This document shows, piece by piece, positions 24,281 through 39,769 of a DNA stretch of 64,000 nucleotides (its first letter is position 1; every line of letters starts with the position of its first letter). The stretch is from assembly GCF_009914755.1 (NCBI RefSeq), contig NC_060931.1; one strand, written 5' to 3'. Below the pieces are notes generated by a model. That model had not been told where the DNA came from, did not search any database, and saw nothing but the letters and a program-made list of their open reading frames with translations. The position numbers and the translations under genes were made by a program. The stretch comes from the human T2T-CHM13v2.0 reference genome, Homo sapiens.

Positions 24281-27200
24281 TCACCCCAAATAGGAAGAAG
24301 TAAGGATGCATAACATACTTACAAAGCAAAGGAGTGTATAATAGAAACAATACATTCTACCCCACGTAACACATATTTAGAAAAAGATAGTTATGTAGGA
24401 TTTGTTATGTTAGTTAATAATATAGCTAATTGTATTAGTGCAAAATCAAAAATTTGAAAGACCCGTTCCATGTTTCAAAAGTTTCTAATGTCTTGCATTA
24501 TACTTATGATAAAAAGAAAAATACCAAAGTTCAGTGATTACTTTTTAAAACAAGAGTAGAAATGCATTTGATGAGATGACATATAAATTGAAATAAAGTT
24601 AGTACTAGTGATTATTTTTTAAAACAACAGTAGAAATGGGTTCAATGAGATGACATATCAATTGAAATAAAGGTAGTAGTACAGTTGGTATGAATGTGTT
24701 CAAATATACACAGGGACACACAAGCATGAAAAGAATATTTTTAAGAGTAATAAAGAGAACTATTGCTGCTACTATTAATAGAAAAATATATTTATAAAGC
24801 AAAGGTTTGACCAAGCCATCATTTAATAATCACAACTAATGTTCCAAGAATTATTTAAAGAGTATGTTTAGCATCTCTCATGCTCCCTTTTGAAGTTTTC
24901 TGTTGTTGTTATCAAAATCACCCTGAAGAAACACAGAGTGCAAAAAGGGTTATTTCTTATTTTTTCTTTTGAATTGTTTTAGATGTAATCATCCTTTGAG
25001 CCATCTTTTCATCAAATAATCTCTTTGAACTTCTTACCTGTGTATTGCCATATGCTAGACACGCTGCATGAAATAAACATGCTTTACTTTGAGGCCAATG
25101 AACCAATTAAAATTGTCTACTTATGCTATATTCCTAATTTCAAATCAGAAGTCATAATTTCAGGATTCCAAAAACTATGATAACCACTCTCCATTCTAAC
25201 AAGTCTTTTCTTCCCTGATTTTCTCTTCAGTTTAACAATCCCATGTGCTGTGATCCATTGACTACATCCTTCCTTTTTTAAGTGGCTATGCTCCATTCCA
25301 TAGATATTTATCTAAATATCTAAATATTTCCCCACTGTCATGCTAGCTACCTGTCTAATATTATTTAGGATGTTCAAATATTTAACTATTCTTACCCACT
25401 TTTAACATGTTTTTAATTCAGTATTTAAAATTTGTATATTTAAAGATAAACTTTACCTATTTTCTGTATTATTTGTAAAAGATTATACGTGTCAGGAAGC
25501 GCATACATTTGCACACACACACACACTGTAACTATGCTTATTCATTCATTGTTGGGTTTAATAAGTATTAATTGAATGGGTGAAAAGATGGATTCTGACA
25601 AACACTAAATTTTAAACATCCTCTAAAAGTAAATAAAATTAAGACGGACTTTTCTGAATATTTTCAAAAAGAAATGTAAATATGTTTCCTGCCTTTCAGC
25701 TTTTCCCATCTTGCCTACTCTCCAGTGTTAGCCTTCATTTCGCTCTTACCAACTACATTTCATCAACATTTACTCTGAGTTCTATATCTTAATTATAAAA
25801 CATTGTTTGAAGCTCTAGCTATGGCTGATATATTTTTACCTTACAAATGCTATTCTCTTGAACTTCCTGCTGGAAGAATCTTAGTAACAGATGGTGGAGC
25901 TTCTAGAGATAGATTAAATAAAACAAAACTTTGCATATCAATACAAATCTGACAAGTGACTTAATCACAAAAGACACCCTCCTTCAAAAAACAATCAGGT
26001 AGGCAGCACCGATGAACCCCGAGAAAAGAAGTCACTGTAGAGATACCCCTTCTGTATTTTTCCCTATTCATTAATCAAGCAGCATTTAAGACAGCTTTTC
26101 ATTTTTAGTATTTAACCTGATTTCAGCTCCATTTTTAATGAGGAAAATTATGTAAGAACCCTACCTTTATTCTCCAAACTAATTTTTTTTTTTTGAGGAG
26201 AACATGGACATCAGTATACTTAAGTATAGGCTAAAAATTGATACAAAGCAGAACTTCTTCAGAAATTCTCTAGGCATGTCAAAGTACATTCAGGTATTGG
26301 GAGCTATAGGAGTAAAAGGATACAGATAAGGCAAAAGTATCTCTGAATAACATTAACTAAAGGATTCTGTCTAGCAAACAGATTTCTATGACCTTTGAGT
26401 AATAATTTAAAGACATGATTGACATTTTTTTTCCCATAGCAAAGCCTGATCATAAATCTTATCCTTGAGTATCTATTACATTTGTTGTTTTGGCTCAGGT
26501 TTCAGGTTCTTTGCTGTTACTCTACTTTAGGAAATTTCTAATTGGGGTGAAGAGAAGAAAAGATTAAAAGAACTACCAATTTCAGCACGAAGCCTCGGTG
26601 ACAGAAAGAGAAATGGAGATAGGAATAATCGCATAAAATCTGGTAGTTGGTTGTGGAGATGGGAGTGAGTTTTAAAACAGCACAAAGGCGATGGTTTGAG
26701 AACATTCAGATAAGAGGGAAGAGGCAAGCAGAAGGAAGATTTTTAAGCCACAGAGATCAGAGAGGACAGGGTATTCCAGGAACTCAGTACCAACTGGCTT
26801 CCCTGTGCCACCTGAGCTCTCTCAGGGTTGCTCTTCCCTCTATTGCTTCACTCTTGGTAGCACATCAGGGCCCATCCTCCCCACTGTGAAACCTCCCTAG
26901 TTTAATCTGCTCTTCCTCAGAGTCATAACTCTCCTCCCTAAAATGACAATTTGTTAATCTTAAAAAGTATTCCACGCTTGGAAAAATAACAGTAAAGTTC
27001 AAGTTAATTACTCTTTTAAGGATATTTACATTTTACCAAAGGTTTCCGAGAGACACAAAGCCTTGAACCCAAAGGAGTAAATCCCAAATCTTGGGTGTTT
27101 GTTATTTAGTGATCTGTTTGTGGAAGATTCCAATGTTTCCTAAATCTAAGCATACACACATAGCTTCAGTTCTGCTTCAGTACTGCCATGGCTGTATTTT

Positions 27201-27409
27201 ACAAAATGTTCAAAGAACACGAAATACATTAAAAGAACCTTAAGCTATAATTACCAATTGCAAACACAGTGGCAGATTTTCACGTACAAAAAATATATAT
27301 ATACCTCAATATACACTATTGGTTAAAGGGAATTTTACACAGATGAAATCTTTTTTATTCACACCATCTTCACTCAATAACTTATCCATATAATTATCAC
27401 TATGCACTT

Positions 27410-27764
27410 GTATTAGTCTGCTTGGGGTACCATAATAAAATACCACAGACTGGGTGACTTAAACAACAGAAATTCATTTTCTCACAGTTCTGAATGCTGG
27501 AAGTCCAAGATCAGAGTGCCTGCATGGTTAGGTTCTGGTGAGGGCTCTCTTACTGACTTGCTGATGGCTGCCTTCTTGCTATGTTCTCATATGGCACAGA
27601 GCTCTGGGGTCTCTGCCTCATCTTATAAGGGCACTAATCTCATCATGAGGGGCTCCACCCTCATGACCTCATTACCCCGCAAAGTTCTCATTTCCAAATA
27701 TCATTACATTGGGGGTTAGGGCTTCAACATATGGATTTCAGAAGGACATAATTCAGTGCATAGC
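27410..27764 (-). mobile_element. MaLR solo LTR (MLT1A0-like)
   Basis: tgtattagtctgctt...accacagactgggtgacttaaacaacagaaatt...gttagggcttcaacatatg...atagca. Confidence 0.85.
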
Positions 27765-28449
27765 AGTGAGAAAATGCTGCCCCAAGTCCTTAAGACAATT
27801 CTACAATAAAATGTATGAGCAAGAAAGTTTTTAAAATTAAACAACTAAATGTATGAACAATAAAATGTCTTTATGTATGTGGGGACCTGAAAGATGATAA
27901 ATAACATGACTATTACCAAGAAAAGTCCCACGTATTTTTTTTTTGATAAGTTTCTGTGAATTTAACTACCCTTGAGCATCTCTCTTCTTTGCCCTCATCT
28001 CTAGATTTCACCTTGGATCAGGTTGAACAGCAGCACCATTCCCTTAGATATGAAAGCAGCTGCCAATCCAGCTCCTCCAGGCCTTTGTTTGAAAACTCTT
28101 TATTTCAGTAGGGGAGCCTCAAGCTCTTACATTTCAAAAATAAGCATGACTACACTCAAATGCCATTCTCTGAAGCTGGTTGATTTCTGAAACGCCTGAA
28201 TTCATTATCCTCACATGGAGGTTTCTGATGCTGACATTTCTCGGCCTCTCCATGCACTGCTCAGTCATGGTGTTGTCACCCCCAGAGGTCCCCATAGGTC
28301 TTTAGGGCTCCAGATAAAAGTAATCAACATAGGGAGCAACAAAACAGCAATTAACTGAAGGCAGCTCACCTTCAGAGAGACGCAAACTCAAGCTTCAAAA
28401 AGTTTTTATCTGTAGCTCTTTTTATTCTGAATACCAGGTTCTTGTGAGG

Positions 28450-28477
28450 TTTGTGTGTGTGTGTGTGTGTGTGTGTG
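28450..28477. repeat. (GT)n microsatellite
   Basis: About 13 perfect units. Confidence 0.95.
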
Positions 28478-29892
28478 TAACCAAGCTGAAAATTCAGTGA
28501 TACGGAGAGACAAGCATGACGTATTAGATGAGCAAGACTAACTAAATCAAGCCGAGACAAAGAACACCTGGTGTATATTATTTTGACTAAGGATTTCTTC
28601 GTTTTTCTTATTTCCCAAGCCCATTTTTCTGTTTGAAACAAAAGAGGCATGAAATTTATAGATTCAGTAATTACAGGAATAGTAATTATGTTGGATGAAG
28701 ACAACCCTTTGAGCTAGTTTAGCGATAAGCACCAAAATCAATCACCCCAAGTGTAAAGTGGCACAGTAGGTTATATTTTTATAATTGTGATCATCAAATC
28801 CAGGCCCAGAGGCTGGGGGGTTCAAATCATAGCAAATTTATCACATATTTTATTCCAACCTGCTCTAGTCTAATCTAGACATTCATTAAACTTTTGAGTG
28901 TCAGGCCCTGGGCTAGGCAAAGGAGACATACACAAAGATTACTAAAACATTTTCTATCTTTAGAAAATCTCTAACAGTGAAAATATGAACTGGCATTGGG
29001 CAGGCATTGCTCTGTTTACATAAGAAGTCAGCCAGCAACTGTCTTTAAATGAATAATTGCAATGGGAAGAATACTCCACTAAGCATTGTATCTGGTGCTT
29101 TTTACACATACAATTTTCCTTGAATCCACTAGCCTGTCTCCATTATTCTTTCTACAATCTAATCAATTTCTTGTTCTGGAAAACAGCCAGGTTTTAACAG
29201 TTCCTGAACTGAATGCAAAAAGAAACCTCTGAAAAAGGAACAAAATTTCTTGAAAAAAATTAAAACAAAAAAAAAAGAGGGAGACTCCAATTATTTTAAT
29301 ATTCTCTTGGAAAAGGAAGCTTTAAGTTTTTCTAACACAAGAATATTTTTCTCTAGAGAATGCTATCACTTTTACCAGGGTGCTCATTTTTACTATATAA
29401 ATAGTTTCTTCAGCTTTTACTTGGTCATACGCAACAGAAACTGTAATTATTTGTTCCCAGAGTTCAGGAAAATCAACCAGGTAGAATCAATTTCAGGTGG
29501 GGCTATTGAAACTTTCTAATAAAATAAAACACATATTTAATTAACACACTCTTTCATTTCTACCATCCAATTTCTAATTAAAAATCTGATTCTGTAAATT
29601 CAGATTATTTGAAAATCATCTGAAACTAATTACATTTTTAAAACTCAACCAATAAAAGGGCAGATTATACATAAGTGCAATAGTTGTAAATAAAGTCAAT
29701 AGAAACGAGAACGTCTAATCTTTAGAATGAAATGTCTTTTTAGTTAGTTCCACTATATCCACCTAATCAACAATTACACACATACGTGCACTTACATACA
29801 CATACAACCCACTTCCTCAGGCATTCACAACATTATTAAACTGTGTTTAAACAGTATGTGAACACAGACAAAACTATAGGCCCCTATAAGCC

Positions 29893-30085
29893 AGTGTTTC
29901 TTGAGGCATGGCCTGGCCTTGCATTTGAACTGTATTAGTTTCATTTGGGGAATACTTGCTGAAGTACAGCTTCCTGAAACCCACACAAGTTCTACTAAAT
30001 CAGAATCTCAAGGAAGCCAGAAAATCTCTATTTTTTACAAGCTCCTAAGGTGATTCTAATACACATGAAAATTTGGGAAACAGTG
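29893..30085. mobile_element. MER5-family DNA transposon
   Basis: ctactaaatcagaatctc...tttttacaagctcctaaggtgattctaat...ttgggaaacagtg. Confidence 0.75.
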
Positions 30086-30689
30086 CTATAACATTTTAGT
30101 CAGGGACAACAAAGTTTCTATTTAGATACTCAGAATGGGATGAGAAGCTTTGGCTCCATCCTTCTTTCTACTGTCCTAAGATTTCTTTCTTCCCATGGAG
30201 ATAGTTTTACTACTAGATTTCAGGCCATCCCGTACTAAATTGGACTTTGCCTTTTTAATATCTCTTTGATATCTTGACAAATATCTTGTAGTCCTGCTAT
30301 TGCCCTGTAGATAAGACAATAATTTCTTTTGGTGTCCCCAGATATTTCTACCATTCTACCCCTCCTCCTAGTTTCAGCCAGCCTGTTCAGCTGACCTATC
30401 ACAAAAGCTCTGTGCTCTGCCTAAAGGAAACTTTTTATTTGGTCCTGTTTCTCCTTGTTCTGTTTGCTTTGCTTGAATCACCATCTATTTTTAAGGTGAT
30501 ATCCATCTCATCCTCTTTCTGAAAAGTGCATCATGTCAGGAGCCTTCTTCCAATCTCCACTAACCATTTTAAGTGCATTTCATTCTCTTTTTTCCAAAGA
30601 TGTCAGATGTCCTTCTTGTATACTTTCCACTGACTTCTTATTTCTGAACCAGAAGGCATCGCGAGTGCTAAACTCACTCACAGAACAGA

Positions 30690-31925
30690 AATTTGTTTAT
30701 TTATTTAACAAAATGTAGTAGGTGCCTATTATGAGCCAGCCAGGCACTGTGCTACAGCAGTGAACCAAAAGGACAAGGTTCCTGACCTCATGAAGCTCAA
30801 TTTTCTATTGGAGGAGATAAAAATATAAACATGAATAAAGAAATAAAACAAGATAGTCATAGTAGCTAGAAGCAGGTGTGTGTGAGTGTGTGTGTGTGCA
30901 CGCGCATGTGTGCGTGTGTTCCATTTTGTTAGATGCACAGAAAAAACTCTTCCCTGAAGTGGGGAAAATAAAGAGCCAACCACACAAAGACCTAAAGGAA
31001 GAGAATTCAAGGAAGAGGATCTAGCTAGGACAAAAGGCCTTTCACCTGTTCAAAGAATGGAAAGATCAGAGAGGTGCAAGCACGGAAAGGGAAGAGATGG
31101 AGAGGCCATACAATGTGAGGGCCCTAAAGGCCATGGTCAAGGGAATCAGAGAAAACTTAACGCTTTTAATTCTAATAGCAACAGGAAGCCACTGAAGTGT
31201 TTCATGTAGGCTAGAGATCGGGTTTGAGGATAACTGTAAGATAACTGCAGCTGCCACAGAGACGCTGACGTTTAGAAGATGAAGAGGGGAAGCATGCAGC
31301 CCAGTTAGGAGGCCCCTGATGACCTGAATCAGTGAGGCAGCAGTAGAGATGGAATAAAGCACGTGACTCTAGGACGTTGGTGGAAGAGTAAAAGGCCTTA
31401 CCAGGCAGTTGAGGGCAATAAAAAGTGAGACCCCAAGGATGCCGCCTAACTTTTTGTCTTGAGTAACTGGGTGGATAGTGCCATCTACTGAAATGGAAGA
31501 AATCTGAGGAAAGAAGATGGAAGGAGAAAGGAAGGGAATGAAGAATTTCCTTTTAGACATGTTAAATTCAAGATGTTTCTTGAACATCCAAGTGTGATAC
31601 CATCTGGAGATACGAATCTGAGCACTGATGCATGAAGACAGCACTTAAAAACACAGGATCAATTTTCTTAGGGAGGGTTTAAGTATGGATGAACATTCAG
31701 GATCAAGCTCAGGGGCATGCCAAAATTTAGAAATCTGGCAGAGAAGGATGAAAATGTAAAGGACGCCTAGAAAAAGGACTGGTTATTTGGGTTCAAGGAA
31801 GCTAAAAGAAGAACATTCTCAACATATTTTAAAAAGGAAGTGGCCAACCATATCAAATACTGCTGAAAGGCTAAGATGGATATTTGGAAGAGATCACAGG
31901 TTTTGGCAACATGAACGTGATGCTG
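30690..31925 (-). mobile_element. L2 (about 1.2 kb)
   Basis: atttaacaaaatgtagtaggtgcctattatgagccagccaggcactgtgct...cctgacctcatgaagctc...ttttagacatgttaaatt. Confidence 0.85.
30876..30918. repeat. Alternating purine-pyrimidine (GT/GC) tract
   Basis: gtgtgtgtgagtgtgtgtgtgtgcacgcgcatgtgtgcgtgtgt. Confidence 0.9.
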
Positions 31926-33493
31926 ACAAAGAACCAAATAAATGAGTAATCTTTCAAAGCCCAGGTGTTTAGCTGACCTGCAAAAGAAATATTATGGAAG
32001 GTAGAAAGGTGAAAAGAAAAAAGAAGGGGATGCAAAGAAAATTCTACCACAGATTCAGAACTTTAATAGTTCTTAATCTAAGATAAACTACAGTGAGACA
32101 TATATGTTGCAAAAGTATGAAAAACAATATAGTTTTTTTAAGTATGAAATACTATCTGGCACACATACTAAATTTATCTAAACAAAGACCTCAGAATTTA
32201 GTAGCACAGGATAACCTATTTATTGCTCCTGATTGAGGAGGCATAGTAGATTTTTAAAAAGACTTATATTTAATTACTTAACAAAGAATAGCCAAGCAAA
32301 GTCTACAAATACACTGCTCCTATATACTGCTGCTAGGATCACTTATCTCTCCTCCCTCTCTCATGGCAAAGGCTCCAAACACCAATCTCCTGTTTGTTAA
32401 ATAGTGCAAATCACCCTTTGTCATTTTAGTTGCACTGAATTTGAATTTGCATAGGTTGCAAGTAGAGAATAGAATCTTGAAGCCACATAAACTAATCACA
32501 CTTAGTCTTAAAACAGAATATATCGGATATCTAGCCAAACAAAACTGCTCAAGTACCCAATACATATTCTAAACACTTCCACCTCCATGCTTCTGCTACC
32601 TGGCTTTCTACTTCTCGAAAGTTACTTTTCCACTTGTCCTTAAGTCGAAATCCTATCTTTTCTTCAAGGTTGAACTGACTAATGCCTTTGAATTCTTTCT
32701 TGCTAGATATCACTTCTAAGAACTTCATGATATTGTACCTCTGTCTCTGGCTTTTATACTTTTTACCTTTTATTATATGACATTGTTGTCTATTCTTTTG
32801 TCTGCCTAACACCCTGTATTATCTGGGAACAACAACCCCTTTCCCTGTACTGGCATCAACAAGATAAGGTTTCCATGGAGCTGCCATAATTTTTCTATAA
32901 CGCTGCCCCTAGGCCAGAATTGGTTGGTCTACAGGTAGATACCTGATCCAAACTATGACAACCACAATATTCCAGCCCTTGACAATGATTGACTCTTCCA
33001 GGACGGGCACTTAACTCAAGCTAGGCCAATCATAGTCATTTCTCAACTAGATCCTGCCCCACTGGTCATAGCTAATTGGTGCAGGACTGGAACTGGATGC
33101 AAGCTGACTCTCTGGATTGAGAACTAGAGGTCAGACCATTCCCTGTCCCATGTCTGAAACTGAAATATGCAGCACTGGAAAACTGCTCATGCTCATGGCC
33201 ATGGGATCAGCCTTCCCCTTAGCCTCAGAAGGCCTTGGAGTGGAAGCAACAGGTATCTGGTAGGGGTAAATGCCACCTCTTTAGTCTCATGATTGAAACC
33301 ACCTTCAAAGCACTATTCAATGTTGTCTTTGGAGACAAGTGAAGTGACTTGTGATATTTGGGGGGAGCCCCCACCACAAAAATAATTTCTCTCTCTGCTA
33401 GGTGATTTCTTCCATTTTATTATTATTTTCTTTTTATGGTGATGTTGAATTGAGGAGAGATGTTCCTGCTACATTTATTAAAAGTTAAAAGAA

Positions 33494-33763
33494 AATCCCA
33501 GCACCTTGGGAGGCCAAGACATGTGGATCACTTGAGGAAGGCCAGGAGTTCGAGACCAGCCTGGCCAACATAGTGAAACCGTTTCTGTACTAAAAATACA
33601 AAAAAAATTAGGCTGGCATGGTGGCGCATGCCTGTAGTTCCTAGTTCCAGCTACTCAGGAGTCTGAGGCACAAAAATCCTTTGAACCAGAGGAACAGGTT
33701 TCAGTGAGCCAAGAATGTGCCACACTGCACTCAAGCCTGGGAGACAGAGCAAGACTCTATCTC

Positions 33764-33792
<29 letters not shown>
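33494..33792 (+). mobile_element. 5'-truncated Alu (S/J) with long poly(A)
   Basis: Starts at aatcccagcac; TSD aaaagttaaaagaaa on both sides. Confidence 0.9.
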
Positions 33793-33795
<3 letters not shown>

Positions 33796-33815
33796 AAAAG
33801 AAAGCAGCATTTGTT

Positions 33816-34128
<313 letters not shown>

Positions 34129-35070
34129 GAAAGCAACATTTGCAAGAGGTGATATTCATCTCTCTGTCTCTCTTTTTCTGTGAAAGGTTACTAGATTTCC
34201 TCCTTTTGGGGAGAAGTAGAAAAAATAATTTTGAGAGCAGGAGAGATCTCCCCTCTTAAGGAGGGGCTACTACTTAAGGGGGTAAAAAAATCAGGGGCTG
34301 AGAACACAGAATGTATGATGAGTTTTGAAGACAATGTATTTTACTCTAAGCCTACTTCACTTTCAACCAAGTGGAAAGAATATATAGGGTATTTTTTTGT
34401 GCATATACAAATGATTTTGTTTTGCATGATTTGTGATGTTTTTGGCTGGCTTTTAAACAGGATTGGAGTAATATAAAAGCACATTAAAGCAGACATATTA
34501 GGCAAAGGATCATGGTAATAGTCTCATGGCCATTTGGGGGAATTTCAGGAATTAAAAACAGAGAATGCTGTAAATAACGTTATTAAGAGGGCAGTCTTCC
34601 TGAACCTAAAGGATGGGAATAATATATCAATTTTGGGTAGTCTCTATATACACAAGTATATCCTACTTAAATTCTTTCCATAATGGGGCATCCTCTTCAT
34701 AATCCGTCTTATGATCAAATACCAAATTTACTTTGATGTGACAAAAAAAAGGTATTGTGAATAATGAACTTCAAAAGAAAGAGCAGTGAGATGGTTAGGG
34801 GTAATCATAGGGTGGAGAAGAATATAATAAAATTTCACATTAATATAATATTATTATACCAAACATATAATAGTAGGAAGATTTTCTTGCAATAAAACAG
34901 TAGTTCAAATAATGTTCTTCCATCTAAAAAAATACTTCTTAAGGTGGTTGCTTTCTTTAAATTAAAATATAGAGAAATATTATGTGACTATAATAACATC
35001 AGAACTTACTCTTTAAAATGTACCTAAAGTTCTTTATAAAATATACTACTGTGACTCAACAGTGTAATAC

Positions 35071-35444
35071 TGTCTTAGTCTGCTTGTGCTGCTATAACAG
35101 AATGCCACAGATTGGGTAATTTATAATAAAAAATATATTGACTCACAGCTTTAGAGACTGGGAAGTCCAATATTAAGGAACCAGCAGGTTTGATGATTCT
35201 GATTTCAAGATGGCACCTTGAATACTGCATCCTCTAGAGGAGAATACTTTTTCCACACAGAGCAGGAGGCAGAAGGGCAAAGAGGAAAAAGGGGACTGAA
35301 GTCACCCTTTTATAAGGCATTAATCCCAGCCATGAGGGTGGAATCCTCATGGCCTAATGACCTCTTAAACATCTGACCTGGTAATACTGTTACAATGGCA
35401 CTTAAATTTCAACATGAATTTTGGAGGGGATTCAAAAAGTCACA
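35071..35444 (-). mobile_element. MaLR solo LTR (MSTC/MSTD-like)
   Basis: tgtcttagtctgcttgtgctgctataacagaatgccacaga...aaatttcaacatgaattttggagggga. Confidence 0.8.
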
Positions 35445-37311
35445 AATACTACTTGAAAAAATATAACGGTTTAACCAGTAATGCCCATCTGGGCAAAAAA
35501 GCTATTTAAGTACCATGCACTTTGATGAATGACGTTTAAAATAGCCTTCCTCATTTTATACTATTACTTTTCAGTCAGTGCAGGATAACACATTAAATCT
35601 AAAAACAATGGCCCAGTGAAACCAAGCTAGTAGATTTAAAGAATCCATTAATTTAATGGTAATTATCATTTCCTATTCAGCACATATATTTTCTTTGTTT
35701 GAAAGACTATGCTTTGTTTTTGTGTTTGTGTTTTTTTTGTGACAGAAGAATGCAATACAGTGTTTTAAAAGACTCTGTACCAAATATTTTGTGAAGTAGA
35801 ATTTCTCCTTGACTAGAGTCTACATAATTCCATAATGACTTGTAGAAATGACATAATTTATAATCTCATTAGGTTTTTGTGAAATGAAACAATTTATATG
35901 AACAACCCAAATATAATCATGGCTAATTTGAGAGGAATGTTTCATTTGCCTGCAGCTTCCCAGCAAATACTAGGCAGACAGAGTTTAAAGCTTCAGTGGG
36001 GAATAGGCAGAAGCATTTCACAAAAAGGAAGATTTAAGCAGCTTTGAAAATGGTTTGGTCGAAGCTCTTCAACTGTAAATAAAATCACTGGAGGTCTAAG
36101 TAAAACTTCAGCCTAATGTAGTTGTCAGTCTAAGTAGGTCCTAGTTAATGACTATTATTTTTATGAAAATCAGGCTTAGTAATCAAAAAAGTTCAATATT
36201 CCACAACTTGATGAAGCCTTATAGTTTCCCCTTTCTTTCCACTGAGTACGTCCTAATTTAAATTGACAATATCAATATACTTATTTTAATACAGTAACTT
36301 CATTTAAAGGGGAGATGAATGTAACTTGAAAGTAGTGTGAACATTCTATATCATTTCTTCAAAAAAACGGATACATTTCTTTATGAAAATATTTTTAATT
36401 AAAACATTTATTTACAACTTCCCACAATGTGTTGATGTATTGAAAATATTTTAATTTTGAAAAATATATATTTGTGTACGTTTTAAATAATAATGACAAA
36501 GAAATTTTTAAAACATGCTTTTCTATCAGATGGTTTACCAAAATATTCGCCCTTCTATGTTTCCTTCTTTTAGCCTCTACATTCTGGGAATTGTCTATAC
36601 CTTTTGAAACATGCGAGAACTTTACCAAAAAAGAGTAGAAAAGGCTGGTGAAATGAGTGGGGGGTTAGTTGACATGGATGCTAAGTGTAACAGAATGGAA
36701 CTTTGACACTTTGATGGAATATTTGCCTATAAGCTTAAGGAGTCATGAACAAGACTGGATTGCCACTCCCAATGTCAGGGACAAAAATCTAATCATTACC
36801 AGGCAGCACAATTCTCATCAGGTAGCCAAGACTGCTGCTCGTGCTTAATTTTAAGGTTTGACCCACCAGAGATAAGCATGAAGTTAGTTCAGTATTCCAG
36901 CTGGTGAATTTCTCTGACAGATGTGGTGAGTTAATACGAGGGAGCAGAATCTAACAGACATCAAACCAATTATTGGTTCCTAAGGACTCTTATGAGTCAA
37001 TCTACTTCATATTTTTATTACTACCACCTTTGCCTAATGCCTAATCATCTCCCATTTGAACCAATAGTATTATCAAATAATTGCATTTTCTACCTATATC
37101 CCATTTCCAATCTAATCTTTCATTCATAATTTTCCCAAACCAGTCTTGCCAGGATACCTCTCATAACTTATTACTCTCCTGTTCCAAAATGTAAACGGCT
37201 TTTTAGTCCCTTCTAGATAATGTTCAAATTTCTGACTTTCCTATTAACAGCCAGACATAATCAGTCCTAAACTAATCTTTCTAAAGTTATCTATTACTAA
37301 TTCACTAGGGT

Positions 37312-37532
37312 CAGAGGTTGGCAAGCTTTTTAAATAAAGAGCAGATAATAAATATTTTAGGATTTGTGGGATATAAGTCTCTCTTGCAAGTACTTAACTC
37401 AGCCGTTACAGAGGGAAAGCAGCCATAGTCAATATGAAAGCCAGAGTGTGGCTGTGTTCCAACATAACTTCTTTTATACAGAAATAGGAATGGGCCAGAT
37501 TTGGTTCAAGGGCCATATTTCACTGAACCCTG
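37312..37532. mobile_element. MER58A hAT-Charlie
   Basis: cagaggttggcaa...aaatattttagg...aaagcagccatag...tggctgtgttccaa...gggccagatttgg...accctg. Confidence 0.85.
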
Positions 37533-39189
37533 TTCTAGATGAACCTTTGCTGTGCAGAAATTGGCCATTAGCTGTGTCATGAAACAGCTGTTAAACTCTG
37601 TTCCCAGTTCTGGGCTACAGGGATACAAGGATGAGTTAGCTCCCATAGTTGCCTTGGCAAAGTTCACAGTCTTTTCACACACAGAATCACTGTGCAATTA
37701 TACTGCAAATGCTGTGTGGGGTAACTGGCTTAGTCAGAAGCAAAACTTCATGTTAGAGTAGGTCTGGGAGTAGTCATTGTCCAGATTAAGGTGGGCAGGC
37801 ACAAGATAATGAAAGGGAGAAAAAAATGACAGCCTGTGCCAAAATACAAAAATGCAAAACCAAATGGTGAATTTATGGAATGATCAAGGCATAGGCAGGT
37901 AAGACGGATCTGGAAAATTTGGCGGGAGACAGGATCAAAAGGGTTTGACTGCCCTGCTAATGACTTTACACTAGCTATTTTGAGCCAGACTGCGCTTAGG
38001 CCTCGGCAAGAGGCACTACTTTTTTGGTGCCTGTGTTTTTGAGAAACCTGCACATCACAAGTTTTACAAAAATTAAGTTTATTAAAGAACACATGGGTCC
38101 CTATGCCAATCAAGATCTGGCATTCAGCACTAGCAAAGTGTGACATTCTAACTCTGATTATTCACCAGGTATTTACTCATAAAAAACTAACACCATTAAG
38201 GACCCAGACATATGTTTTTCCATATATTTTATACTCTAAAAATAAAAAACAAAAAACAAAAAGCACAATGGATTGATTCCAAATGCCATGAAACTTCACC
38301 AGTTGATCACAGGCAGGATTTCAGCCATCTAAGCACTTAGCTTAGAAGTGCCTAGAAGAAGGAAATTAAATGACCTGACAAGCTTTCTCAGCTTGGAGGC
38401 CACAGATTCTTGTACACTCAGTATCATTTGCCAGTAGCTGAGTGCCCCTGTCCTGTTCTTTCTGCTCTTCATGTTTCAACTTGTGATTCTAGAATTCTAG
38501 AGATACTCAGGAAAACACAATATTCACCACAGTTGTGCATGGTGACAGAGGAAACATTTGTGACTACTTAAATTTACATGTATGTAGTTGAGGGTATGAA
38601 ATGCATGGAGCATGATACTCTTTACATTGACAAGCACGTAGAAATTGAACCCTCAAACCTATGAATAGATTTCCTTTCATAAAAATATGTAATAAAATGT
38701 AATTAATTCTTTAAATACTTACAAATTCAGTTCTATTTAAATAATTTTGATGTAATTTTATGTTAATATTTATATTTTGACTTTTGGTTTGAAAAGATAC
38801 ATTTTGATATTTTACAAAAAATCTTTTGGAAAGACTTGAAAAAATTTACTTTTAAATTTTTACACTTATTTTCATCTACATTTTCATTAACATATATTTA
38901 AATTATCTATACTAAATACAGTTAAATATTATTTTAATCCTTCATATCATTCACTGTTGTCAATAGAATGCATATCATGTGAAAATCTTGATTATAACAA
39001 CATAGTGATTGCTGAAATGGAGGCCAGAAAAAAAATGTAAAAATGTATTTTAAAAAACTGAAAAATAACAGCTTGGAATTTTCATTTAGAATATATATGT
39101 AATTTAACGCTTATGTATATTTTAATTTTATTACTCTTCCAAACATCACAGACCTTTCAACAGAATACTCAAGTGTGTAATAATAATTA

Positions 39190-39360
39190 AATTCAGTCAT
39201 CTTTGCTGGTTTTAGCCATATGGAGGTATATTTATCAAGTTAGGAAAAGTAACATATTTCATTTAACAGTTTGCTAACTTAATTTATAGTTAAATGTTAA
39301 ATATTTAGACATGTAGTATTTAGACCTCCATGCCTTAGGCCTCACATATATTAGGGGACG
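39190..39360 (-). mobile_element. MER96B-like hAT fragment
   Basis: aacatatttcatttaacagtttgctaactt...taaatatttagacat...ttagggg. Confidence 0.45.
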
Positions 39361-39445
39361 ATCTAATATTTATAAGTAATGTGAAGTCACTGATGTCAAC
39401 TTTTAATATTTTCACTTATGCAGTTATGAGAAACAGTCTTTTATA

Positions 39446-39733
<288 letters not shown>

Positions 39734-39769
39734 GGAAGTATTATTTTATATTTTATACATAAAAAGATA

